Of a DNA stretch of 64,000 nt, positions 1 to 8,477 are shown piece after piece. The stretch is from assembly GCA_040766725.1 (NCBI GenBank), contig JAXGPZ010000001.1, forward strand, positions 2,414,328 to 2,478,327, written 5' to 3'. The DNA is from Anaerolineae bacterium (GTDB lineage: Bacteria > Chloroflexota > Anaerolineae > UBA1429). The position numbers and the translations under genes were made by a program. The notes below the pieces were generated by a model, which saw nothing but the letters and a program-made list of their open reading frames with translations, was not told where the DNA came from and ran no database searches. Position 1 is the first letter of the stretch. Each line of letters begins with the position of its first letter.

Positions 1-899
1 TGGCTGGCGGCCTCGACGGCAGCGCGCAGCGCGGTGACGCGGTCTGAGGGCGTCCACCCGGCGATGAGATAGACGTGCTCGCGGTGGCCAAAGCGCGCGA
101 TGGCCTCGACGACGGCGCGATCGGCGCGCACCCGGGCCAGCATCTCGAGCAGCGTCGTGCGCGACTCGCGGGCCGCCGCGCGGATGTCGGCGCGCACGTC
201 ATCGAGCCGGCCGCGGTCGCGCTGCTCCTCGACCATCAGCTCGGCGAGGGTCTCTTGGGCGGTGCCGCTGTACTCTTCGGGGAGCGCCAGCGGCTCGAGA
301 AAGGCGCTCTCGAGGGCGCGGTCGAGGATGGGCGCGTGCTCCTGGGCGCAGAAGGCAAACACCAGCGAGCGGTCGCCATAGCGGTGCACCGGGATGAGCG
401 AATAAGGGATGCGGAACAGGCTGGCCTCGAGGCGCGCCATGTTCTCGGTGGGGATGGTGCCGGCCACCAGGTGCAGATGTTGGAGCTGGCGCAGCTCGGA
501 CAGGCGAATCCACAGCGGCGCGAGGCGGTCCATCGAATGCGAGACGAGGGTCCAGCGTTCGAGGGCGCGGCGCAGGGCGGCTTCTTGCTCGCGCAGGGCG
601 CCGACGCGCTCCTCGATGCCGCTCAAGCTGGCTTCGCAGAGCGAGATATCGTGGCGCAGGTCCAGGTCGTCGGGTATGGGCACGGGCTGCGGCTCGAGAT
701 CGAGTTGGGCGAGGAGATCGAGCAGGCGTCGCTCTTGCTGAGCGTACTGGTTGGCGCGGCCCGACCACTCGGTGCTGCCGCCGGTGGCCCACTGGCCCAG
801 GGCCTTGTCTTCGGCGAGGTGCAGCGCACCAAAGCGGGCGATGGCCATGGCGACGGCCTCGATCTGCTCGTCATAGACAAAGATGTCGACCTCGGACAT
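1..899 (-). CDS. V/A-type ATP synthase subunit I (membrane a-subunit), N-terminal ~299 aa; the gene runs off the left edge of the window
   Basis: Minus-strand frame read manually. ATG at 899..897 gives MSEVDIFVYDEQIEAVAMAIARFGALHLAEDK..., a typical subunit I cytoplasmic N-domain. A GGAGTGAG RBS lies 21 nt after the subunit C stop. The track ORFs 75..941(+) and 199..792(-) are antisense or wrong-frame artefacts of this gene. Confidence 0.6.
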   Translation of the reverse strand, partial: MSEVDIFVYDEQIEAVAMAIARFGALHLAEDKALGQWATGGSTEWSGRANQYAQQERRLLDLLAQLDLEPQPVPIPDDLDLRHDISLCEASLSGIEERVGALREQEAALRRALERWTLVSHSMDRLAPLWIRLSELRQLQHLHLVAGTIPTENMARLEASLFRIPYSLIPVHRYGDRSLVFAFCAQEHAPILDRALESAFLEPLALPEEYSGTAQETLAELMVEEQRDRGRLDDVRADIRAAARESRTTLLEMLARVRADRAVVEAIARFGHREHVYLIAGWTPSDRVTALRAAVEAAS

Positions 900-920
900 C
901 TCAGCGGGTGTAAACAACGC

Positions 921-2015
921 TCACTCCACCTGGCGGCCTGAAGCTGCCCTGTTGTCGATCAGACGATGGTGAATGCGCTCTGGGCCCCAGCCCAGGCTCT
1001 TGGCCTCGACCAGGGTCACCAGGTCGGTGACCTCCAGCTCTTGCAGGATGAGATAGCCCAGCACCTGGCCCAGGCCAAAGGGATAGCCCTGCATGGCGCG
1101 GCGCGCGAGGCCATGCCAGTAGCGACGCAGGGCCAGCTCGAGCTCGGGCAACTGGTCGGCCTCGCTGGCGTTGGGCGTCAGGCCGGATAGATCGACGGTG
1201 CCGGGCCCCCAGATGCGTTCGACGATCTCGATGGCCGGCGCGCCGGTGGCGATATCCTGGATGAGGGCCACGTTGGTGTGCACCGTATGCCAGATGGTAA
1301 AGTTGACGATCTCTTCGGCCGAGAGCTGGTAATAGACGCGGTAGCGAAAAGCCCACAGGATATTGAGTATATCCAGTTGCGTGCCCAGCAGACGGGTGGC
1401 CACGGCCCGCTCGTTGGCGCCCAGGCGCTTGATGGCGGCCGGCACGTCGCGATAGTAGCGCACGTCCATGGCCACCTCGAGCGGGAAGAGGGTGCCATAG
1501 CGGGCATAGAGGTGCAGCGCGTTGCGCAGCGGGTTGATATAGTGGGTGCCGGCCATGCGCTCGACCAGCGCCGGCACCGAGCGCTCGTGGAGCAGCACTT
1601 CCCAGTCGATGCGCGAGCGCTCGCCCAGCGGGATGAGATAGTCGCGCATCTGCGCCGGGCTAAGGCCGTGCTCGATGCCGCGAAAGACGGCCTTGAGGTT
1701 CTCGAGCTCATAGTGGCCCCACCAGACGTCGAGCAGGGTGCGAGCGGCGCCGCGCACCTGCCCCCTGGCCTTGAGCACGTTGTCGGCCGAGAGGCCCAGC
1801 AGGCGGCGCTCCAGCGTTTCGAGGTTGGGCTCACCAGACTCGCCGGGGCGCAACGCGCGCCCGTAGGCGGTGGCGCGCATTGCGTCGAGGACGCGGCGCA
1901 CGTCCTCGGCGCCGAGCAGCGTGTGCCACTCTTGCGGCCCCAAGAGTTGCGCCTTGAGGCCGGCCACGCGGGCATAGGCGCCGGCGTAGCCAACGGCCTC
2001 AATGCCCAGGGCCAT
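921..2015 (-). CDS. V/A-type ATP synthase subunit C (V0 d-like)
   Basis: 364 aa. The pattern YAGAYARVAGLKAQLL...DVRRVLD resembles Thermus AtpC (YLNARVRVRRGTLL). The ATG at 2015 has a GAGGAG RBS 4 nt upstream. The track start at 2033 is TTG. Confidence 0.65.
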   Translation of the reverse strand: MALGIEAVGYAGAYARVAGLKAQLLGPQEWHTLLGAEDVRRVLDAMRATAYGRALRPGESGEPNLETLERRLLGLSADNVLKARGQVRGAARTLLDVWWGHYELENLKAVFRGIEHGLSPAQMRDYLIPLGERSRIDWEVLLHERSVPALVERMAGTHYINPLRNALHLYARYGTLFPLEVAMDVRYYRDVPAAIKRLGANERAVATRLLGTQLDILNILWAFRYRVYYQLSAEEIVNFTIWHTVHTNVALIQDIATGAPAIEIVERIWGPGTVDLSGLTPNASEADQLPELELALRRYWHGLARRAMQGYPFGLGQVLGYLILQELEVTDLVTLVEAKSLGWGPERIHHRLIDNRAASGRQVE

Positions 2016-2382
2016 GTTGCTCCTCGCGGCCAAAGGCCACCAGAGCGCTCACCCGCGCCGCGGCCGCGTCGAGCCGTGCCTGCGCGCGGCGCTCCCAGGC
2101 CTCTAGCTCGGCCTCGACGCCGGCGCGCATGGTGGCGGCCTCTTGTTGGGCCTGCTGCAGGGTTACGGCGGCCGCCTGCTGCGCCTCTTGCTGGGCCTGC
2201 TGCTCGGCCTGCTGAATTAGGTCCTCGGCCTGCTGGCGGGCGCGTTCGAGCAAGCGGGCGGCCTCGGCCTCGGCCTCGGCCAGGATGGCCTGCGCCTCGC
2301 GCTCGATGCCGAGCACCTGCTGCAGAGCATCCTCTTCGGCCGAGTGCCCGGCCTGGGTGGGTCGAGATGTGGTGTTGTCCAT
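1999..2382 (-). CDS. V/A-type ATP synthase subunit G/H-like coiled-coil stalk protein
   Basis: 127 aa starting MDNTTSRPTQ... It is Ala/Glu/Gln-rich coiled coil (AEAEAEAARLLERARQQAEDL), like V-type subunit G. It overlaps the subunit C start by 17 nt. The longer track ORF start (2556) would overlap the promoter. Confidence 0.5.
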   Translation of the reverse strand: MDNTTSRPTQAGHSAEEDALQQVLGIEREAQAILAEAEAEAARLLERARQQAEDLIQQAEQQAQQEAQQAAAVTLQQAQQEAATMRAGVEAELEAWERRAQARLDAAAARVSALVAFGREEQHGPGH

Positions 2383-2528
2383 CGCTCTTCTCAAGGCCCC
2401 TGTGGACAAAAAAACGCCTAACGGTGCGATCGACACGGAACGTCTCTCGTCATCACCGGCGCGGCGTTCTGGTTGCGACGTCCCGCTCTGCCACATTGTA
2501 CACCGAGACAGAGCGGAAAACATCCCCG

Positions 2529-2556
2529 ATTGTAGGCTCATGTTGGCAAAAGTCAA
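2529..2556 (-). promoter_or_regulatory. Sigma-70-type promoter of the V-ATPase operon (-35 TTGACT, 16-nt spacer, -10 TACAAT on the minus strand)
   Basis: Plus-strand agtcaa at 2551-2556 and attgta at 2529-2534. It sits in the only AT-richer stretch upstream of the first operon gene. It implies a ~140-nt leader. Confidence 0.4.
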
Positions 2557-2667
2557 CTTTCATGGCGGTCGCCAGTACGATTAGCGGCCGCTGTGGCGGG
2601 CACAAGCCAACCGCCCGGTTGGCGATGACCGCCGGACGGTTGGCATGGTGAGCGGGGCAAGAGGCGG

Positions 2668-3714
2668 TCAGTCGAGCGGCAGCCTGATGGCCCGGCCCTG
2701 TTCGGCAGAGAGGTAGCCGGCCTCGATAGCCGCCTGGACGTGGCAGGCGCCTTCGGGGCTGATGATGCCCTCGAAATCGCCGCCGGCCAGCACGGTGTCG
2801 ACGAAATGGGCGGCCTCGGCGGTGCCGCGCGGCTCGCGCATGACGGGCACCTCGAGCCAACCCTGCATGTCGCTGGGCAGGCTGCGCCGCGAGTAGATGC
2901 GCAGCGACTCCCAGCCCTGCAGGATGGTGCCGTCGGTGCCATGATACGACTGCGCAAAGGGCGTCTGGCCGATCTGGCCCCAGCGGCTGTCGATGACGCC
3001 CAGGGCGCCGCTCTCGAACTTTAAGATCGCTGCCGAGTTGTCCTCGATCTAGGGCGCGAGATAGTCGCGCCAGCCCTGCTGCACCATGAACGCGCTCACG
3101 TCGGTGACGGGGCCGAGATTATCGACCATGGCGCTGATCATATAGCCAGCCTCATCGACCCAGGCGCCGCCGCCGGCGCGCTCTTTGTCCTCGAGCCATT
3201 CGCAAAAGTACTTGCTCAGGTTGATCTCACGCGGGCCGGCGTGGCCGATGGACGCCCGGGCGAGGTAGACCTGGCCGATGCGGCCCTCGGCGATCCAGCT
3301 CTTGACCTTTTGGTAGCCGGCGCCGAAGCGAAAGTGGTAGGCCACCATGAGCTTGATGCCCGCCTGGCGGGCCACCGAGACCATCGCGGTGGCCTCGGCG
3401 TAGCGGGCGCTCATGGGCTTGTCGACATAGCAGTGCACACCGCGGCTGGCAGCGGCCGTGACGATCTTGACCTTTTCAGCGTTGTCGCTGCAGATCATCA
3501 CGGCGTCGAGCTTTTCGCTGTCGAGCATGTGCTCATAGCTGGCGTAGCAGGACGCGAGGCCATAGCGCTCGACGGCGCGCTGGGCCAGCTCCTGGTGGGG
3601 CTCGGCCACACTCACCAGCTCGGCATTGGGCAGAGCGTGCAGGGCGTCGGCCATGAACCAGACGTGGTCGTTGACCATGCCGGCGATGCCCATGCGAAGC
3701 CGTTTCTCAGCCAT
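2668..3714 (-). pseudogene. Gfo/Idh/MocA-family NAD(P)-dependent oxidoreductase interrupted by an in-frame TAG at 3049..3051
   Basis: Track ORFs 3049..3759(-) and 2668..2868(-) are in the same frame. The read-through translation is continuous (…QGWRDYLAP*IEDNSAAILKFESGALGVIDSRWG…) and is a typical Gfo/Idh/MocA C-terminal domain. ATG at 3714 has a GGGGGT RBS. Confidence 0.6.
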
Positions 3715-4023
3715 TGTGCATACCCCCTTGAGCCTGTGGAATCGAACTGCCATCATCATCGACCGCCACGGGCGATTGTCAATAGGGGGCAGCGCGAGGG
3801 CGGCTGTGGATCGAGACGCAAGTGCGCGGGTGTGGGTGAGGGGAGAGGCGGGGCCGCGTTATGCCCGGCAGCGCGACAGGCGGCGTCAATGGCATGTCGA
3901 GCTGTGCTGCCGGGCGCCATACCCCGCGCTTGACCGACCGCCTGCTCCATGCCAGACTGTGCGCGGGCTAGGCCGCCGGCAGGCGACTGGCCCGCACCCC
4001 ATTCCCCTACAGGAGCCATTGAC

Positions 4024-4794
4024 ATGCGTTCAGCCCGGCCCATCGCCCTCGTCACCGGCGCCAGCCGCCGCATCGGCATCGCCGCCGCCATCGCCCGCGC
4101 GCTGGCCGCCGACGGCTGGGATGTGGCCAGCACCTACTACCGGCCCTATGACGCCACCATGCCCTGGGGCAGCGCCCCCGAGGAAGCCGAGGCCCTCGTC
4201 GACGAGCTGCGCCAGGCCGGCGCGCGCGCCCTGGCCCTCGAGGCCGACCTGGCCGACCCCGACGCGCCCGCGCGCCTGTTCGACGCCGTGCAGGCCGAGC
4301 TGGGGCCCGTCACCGCGCTGGTGCTCTCGCACTGCCACTCGGTGGATAGCGCCATCCTCGACACCACGCTCGAGAGCTTTGACCGGCACATGGCCGTCAA
4401 CGCCCGCGCCACCTGGCTGCTGGTGCGCGAGTTCGGCCGGCGCTATGCCGGGCCGCACGGCGCCGGGCGCATCCTCGCAATCACCAGCGACCATGTGGCG
4501 TTCAACCTGCCCTACGGCGCCAGCAAGGGCGCCCTGGAGCGCATTGTGCTGGCCGCGGCCAAAGAGTTCGCCCAACTGGGCGTCACCGCCAACGTCATCA
4601 ACCCCGGGCCGGTGGATACGGGCTGGATGACCGCCGAGTTCATGGCCGAGATCGCTGCGCAGACGCCTCTGGGCCGCGTGGCGCGGCCAGAGGACACCGC
4701 CAACCTGGCGCGCTTTTTGTGTTCGCCCGCCGGCGGGTGGATCAATGGGCAGATCGCCTACAGCAACGGCGGCATCAAGAGCCCGGCCTACTAG
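4024..4794 (+). CDS. SDR-family oxidoreductase (short-chain dehydrogenase/reductase)
   Basis: MRSARPIALVTGASRRIGIA has the TGxxxGIG Rossmann motif. NLPYGASKGA carries the YxxxK catalytic motif. AGGAG RBS before ATG 4024. Confidence 0.8.
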   Translation: MRSARPIALVTGASRRIGIAAAIARALAADGWDVASTYYRPYDATMPWGSAPEEAEALVDELRQAGARALALEADLADPDAPARLFDAVQAELGPVTALVLSHCHSVDSAILDTTLESFDRHMAVNARATWLLVREFGRRYAGPHGAGRILAITSDHVAFNLPYGASKGALERIVLAAAKEFAQLGVTANVINPGPVDTGWMTAEFMAEIAAQTPLGRVARPEDTANLARFLCSPAGGWINGQIAYSNGGIKSPAY

Positions 4795-4839
4795 GCCGTG
4801 GCGGCCGGGCTGGCGTACGCACCTCTTCAGGAGTCGGCG

Positions 4840-5841
4840 ATGGACAAGATCCGTATCGGCGTGGTTGGCCCGGGGCTCATCTGGCAGAATTCGCACAAGC
4901 CGGCGCTCGACCTGCTGCGAGACCGCGTGGAGATCGCGGCTTTTGCCGCCTCGAGCGAGCGCAGGCGCCTGGCGGTCGAGCGCGACTATCCGGGGGCGCC
5001 CTTTTACCTAGACTATCGGGCGCTGCTCGCCTCGCCCGAGGTGGACTGGGTGCTGGTGCTGACGCCCATCGCGCTCAACGCGCCCGTGGCGCTGGCGGCC
5101 ATGCGCGCCGGCAAGGACGTGCTCCTGGAAAAGCCCATGGGCCGCTCGCTGGCCGATGGCGAGGCGCTGGTGCGCACGGCCGACGAGTGCGGTCGGCGCC
5201 TGTACGTGCTCGAGCAAGCCGTCTACCCGCCCTATCTCGACATGGTGGAGCAGGTGCTCCGCGCCGGCGAGATCGGCCAGGTGGTGATGTATGACCAGGT
5301 GGCGCACGAGCTCTTTGACGCCACCCCCGCCCACAGCGCCGGGGGCTATGGGGCCACCGACTGGCGCATTCACCCCGACTTTCCGCTCGGCCCGCTGTTC
5401 GACGGCGGCCACCACCCCATCGCGCGGCTGTCGCGGCTGTTCGGGCGGCCAGCGTCGCTCTACGCCTCGGGCCAGCAGATCCGCCCGACGTATGGCCAGT
5501 TCGATCACGTGCTGGTGCTGATGGAGTATGACAACGGCGTGCGCGGGTCGTTCAGCCATGCCACGGTGCTCAGCGAGCGCAGCAACTATTTGCACATTCG
5601 CGGCACCGAGGGGACGCTGGCGGTGGCAGAGGATCGGCTGGTCATCGAGCGCAACGACGGCGCCCGCCGCGTGGTCGCGCTCCCGCCCGAGCAGCCCTTT
5701 GTGGCGATGTGGCAGGCCCTGCTGGGGGCCATCGCCAGGGGCGCCGAGCCCTACTATACCAAGGAACGCGCCCTGCAGGACCTGTCGATTCTGCTGGCCA
5801 TCGACCGTTCGGCCAACGCCCGCGCCCGGGTGGCGGTGTAG
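4840..5841 (+). CDS. Gfo/Idh/MocA-family oxidoreductase
   Basis: MDKIRIGVVGPGLIWQN... is an N-terminal Rossmann fold, and EKP is present. AGGAG RBS. Confidence 0.8.
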   Translation: MDKIRIGVVGPGLIWQNSHKPALDLLRDRVEIAAFAASSERRRLAVERDYPGAPFYLDYRALLASPEVDWVLVLTPIALNAPVALAAMRAGKDVLLEKPMGRSLADGEALVRTADECGRRLYVLEQAVYPPYLDMVEQVLRAGEIGQVVMYDQVAHELFDATPAHSAGGYGATDWRIHPDFPLGPLFDGGHHPIARLSRLFGRPASLYASGQQIRPTYGQFDHVLVLMEYDNGVRGSFSHATVLSERSNYLHIRGTEGTLAVAEDRLVIERNDGARRVVALPPEQPFVAMWQALLGAIARGAEPYYTKERALQDLSILLAIDRSANARARVAV

Positions 5842-5974
5842 CCCCGGGCGGGCGCCCGCCCCACCCCCTCGTCGACGCGTGCCACCTTCGCTCGCGCAGG
5901 CTGTCTCCCACGACATCGCCCATACGTCATACCGGGTGCGACGCAGGGAGCGCTGTGCGTCGATCGAAAGGAGC

Positions 5975-6604
5975 ATGATGTTGCGAAGCCGATCCGTCCT
6001 TGGTGCGACGCTGGCCCTGCTGGTGATCGCGCTGCTGACCGTCACGCCGGCGCTGGCCGCAGAGCCGCCCAACGCGCCCCCCGAGCCAGCGCAGATGCGC
6101 CTTGGCCCCCTCAACGAGCTGCCCATGCGGGCCTGGGAGCGCCTCCGTCTGTGGCTGGGGCTGGGCGCTGAGGGCCCTGGGCTGCGCCTGGGGCTGCTGT
6201 GGCGCCATGGCGCCGAGGGCGAGGCCTGGGGGCCGCGTGCTGGCGAGGGCGCCTGGCAGGTCGAACGCCCCGTCGTCGAGCCGCAGTTCATCGACGCGGA
6301 TGGCGATGGCGTCTGCGACCGGTGCGGGCGGGTGCACGACGGCATCTGCCCGGGAGATGGCGATGGCGAGCCCGACCGCCTGCGAGAGCGGGATCGGGAT
6401 GGCGCCGGCGATGGCCAGCAGCAAGAGCAGGCTCAGCAGCAAGAGCAGGCCCAGCTGCAAGAGCAGGCTCAGCAGCAAGAGCAGGTCCAGCTGCAAGAGC
6501 AGGCTCAGCAGCAGGAGCAGACCCAGCAAGGCGCCGGGCAGCCCTCTGGCGCCCAGAATGGCGGCGGCGACAGGCAAGGGGGGCAAGGCACAGGCGGGCG
6601 CTAG
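5975..6604 (+). CDS. Secreted hypothetical protein with an Asp/Cys-rich segment and a Q/E-rich hexapeptide repeat (QQEQAQ x6)
   Basis: AAAGGAG RBS. Signal peptide MMLRSRSVLGATLALLVIALLTVTPALA. The DADGDGVCDRCGRVHDGICPGDGDGE segment comes next, then an 18-nt tandem repeat encoding QQEQAQ units. Confidence 0.55.
   Translation: MMLRSRSVLGATLALLVIALLTVTPALAAEPPNAPPEPAQMRLGPLNELPMRAWERLRLWLGLGAEGPGLRLGLLWRHGAEGEAWGPRAGEGAWQVERPVVEPQFIDADGDGVCDRCGRVHDGICPGDGDGEPDRLRERDRDGAGDGQQQEQAQQQEQAQLQEQAQQQEQVQLQEQAQQQEQTQQGAGQPSGAQNGGGDRQGGQGTGGR
6418..6525 (+). repeat. Six tandem 18-nt units (cagcaagagcaggctcag and variants) encoding the QQEQAQ repeat
   Basis: Read directly in the sequence. The units differ only at 1-3 positions. 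Confidence 0.8.
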
Positions 6605-6835
6605 CGCCCCACGCCGCTGACGTTCCACGCGCAGAGGGCTGCCACCGTGGCGGCCCTCTGCGTCGACGTGAGCCGGCGCGAGTTCTGCGCTATGATGGCC
6701 CTCGAGGCGGCGAGGCGTTCAGAGCCAGGGGCAGCAGCCGCAGCGCCGGCGCCAGATGAGAAGGAGCGAGTCTGTCTCCACCATGGGCCAGCAACCGTCA
6801 TACAGGGTAGAGTCCGCGCGCGTCGAGGGGACGGC

Positions 6836-7348
6836 ATGAGCGCTGGCCCTGGCGCCCGAGCACACGAGGCGCTCGAGGCGCTGTATCGCGACCATGCCGA
6901 GCCGCTGCTCAACTATCTGTATCGGCTGTTGGGGAGCCGCAGCGAGGCCGAAGAGGCCCTGCAAGACACGTTCGTCAAGGCCCGTGGCGCGCTGGGCAGG
7001 TTGCCGGCCGATGCCAACCACCGGGCGTGGCTCTACCGCATCGCCACCAACACCGCCACCGACCGGCTGCGGCGTCGCCGGCTGATCCGCTGGCTGCCGC
7101 TGCTCGAGACTGACGGCGCCGACAGTGCGCTCGATCGGCCCGAGGCCGCTGCGCTGGAACGCGCCGACGTGGGCCGCGCGCTGCGGCGGCTGTCGCCGCG
7201 CGATCGGCAGGTGCTGTGGCTCTATAGCGTCGCTGGCTATGACACCGCCGAGATCGCCAACATGCTCGGCATCAGCCGGGCGGCGGCCAAGAAGCGGGTG
7301 GCGCGGGCCCGAGAGCGCTTTGGGCGCGCCTACCAGGGTGAGGAGTGA
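6836..7348 (+). CDS. ECF (sigma-24-type) RNA polymerase sigma factor
   Basis: Regions 2 and 4 are recognisable (LYRDHAEPLLNYLYRLLG, YRIATNTATDRLRRR, YDTAEIANMLGISRAAAKKRVARARE). GAGGGGA RBS before ATG 6836. Confidence 0.8.
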   Translation: MSAGPGARAHEALEALYRDHAEPLLNYLYRLLGSRSEAEEALQDTFVKARGALGRLPADANHRAWLYRIATNTATDRLRRRRLIRWLPLLETDGADSALDRPEAAALERADVGRALRRLSPRDRQVLWLYSVAGYDTAEIANMLGISRAAAKKRVARARERFGRAYQGEE

Positions 7349-7349
7349 G

Positions 7350-8327
7350 ATGAACTGCCGGCAGTCTCGCCGATTGTTGGCCATTCACCGCGAGCTGGGG
7401 GCTCGCGAGCGGGCGGCCGTCGATGCCCACGTCGCCTCGTGCGAGGCCTGCGCGGGGCTGTGGCGCGCCTATCAGGCGCAAGACCGCGCGCTGGCGGCCC
7501 TGCCGCGCATCGCCCCGCCAGCGCGCCCCCCGCGAGCCTCTGCCGTAAGCGGGCCGCGGGCGGCAACGGTGCGACGGGGCTATGCGCTGGCGCTGGCCGC
7601 GGCGCTGTTGCTGGCCGGGCTGGGCGTCACGGCGCGCGTGTCGGCCAGCGCCCTGCCCGGCGAGCCGCTCTATGGCGTCAAGCGGGCGGTCGAGGCGGTG
7701 CGCCAGGCGTTAGTCACCGGCGATGCCGCGCGGCAGGCGCTCGACGGGGCGCTGGCCGAGCGACGCCGCTTTGAGGCCCGCGAGCTGCAGCGCCTGGGGC
7801 GCACGGCCGAGGTCGAGTTCGATGGCATCGTCGAAGACACCGCCGACGGCGAGTGGACGGTGGCCGGGGTGCGCATCCAGGTGCCGCCCGCGGTGCTGGC
7901 CGCGCCCGCGCCGCTGGGGCAGGCGGTGTGGGTGCGGGCGCGCGTCACGGCCGGGCGGTTCGTGGCGCTGCAGGTCAGCCCGCGCGAGGCGGCGTCTGCC
8001 CCGGCCGAGCCGCCCGCCTCGCTGCCGGGCCAGGCGCCCGCGCCGGACGTGGGCCCGCAGCCGGGCGCCGCTGGCCAGCCTCAACAGGGCGCGCCGGCTG
8101 GCCCCGAGTCTACGCAAACGCCCCAGGCTGAACCGCTGCCCCAGCAGCCCGCCGCGGGGCCAACCGCGGCGCCGCGCTCGGGCGACGGGCCGGGGCCCAT
8201 GTCGACGGCCACGCCTGCCAGCCAGGGCGAGCAGCAGGGCGGACCCGCAGGCGGGCCCACGGCCGCGGCCACCCCGCGACAGCCCGGCGGCAGCGGCCCG
8301 GGCGCGGGCACCGGCTCGCAACGCTGA
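7350..8327 (+). CDS. Anti-sigma factor (zf-HC2 HxxxCxxC) with one TM helix and a long Pro/Gln/Ala-rich extracytoplasmic tail
   Basis: HVASCEAC motif and TM segment YALALAAALLLAGLGV. Its ATG is 1 nt after the sigma-factor stop (GTGAGATG), so the two genes are translationally coupled. Confidence 0.7.
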   Translation: MNCRQSRRLLAIHRELGARERAAVDAHVASCEACAGLWRAYQAQDRALAALPRIAPPARPPRASAVSGPRAATVRRGYALALAAALLLAGLGVTARVSASALPGEPLYGVKRAVEAVRQALVTGDAARQALDGALAERRRFEARELQRLGRTAEVEFDGIVEDTADGEWTVAGVRIQVPPAVLAAPAPLGQAVWVRARVTAGRFVALQVSPREAASAPAEPPASLPGQAPAPDVGPQPGAAGQPQQGAPAGPESTQTPQAEPLPQQPAAGPTAAPRSGDGPGPMSTATPASQGEQQGGPAGGPTAAATPRQPGGSGPGAGTGSQR

Positions 8328-8477
8328 GCTGGGCTGTGGCGAGCGTTCACGCCGCCGGTTGAGCCCTGACGCGCGAGGCCGGACGCAGCGCCTGGCAACC
8401 CAGGCCAGCGGCTCCGCGCGCAAGAGGACGAGGCGCGCCTTGCGGCGCGCCTCGTGTGTGCATCCCAGCGTCGACGA

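Noticed and set aside
75-941. 288-aa plus-strand ORF (and 197-aa minus ORF 199..792) at the left edge
   Set aside because: Gly/Ala/Leu-rich or Arg/Pro-rich composition typical of wrong-frame or antisense reading in high-GC DNA. The third minus frame gives a clean V-ATPase subunit I N-terminus with RBS, which explains the open frames.
3049-3051. Amber codon as pyrrolysine or programmed read-through
   Set aside because: It is a single occurrence. No pyl genes or suppressor tRNA are in the window, and TAG is used as a genuine stop elsewhere here (e.g. 25175, 38015). Pseudogene or base error is more parsimonious. Kept as a finding for checking only.
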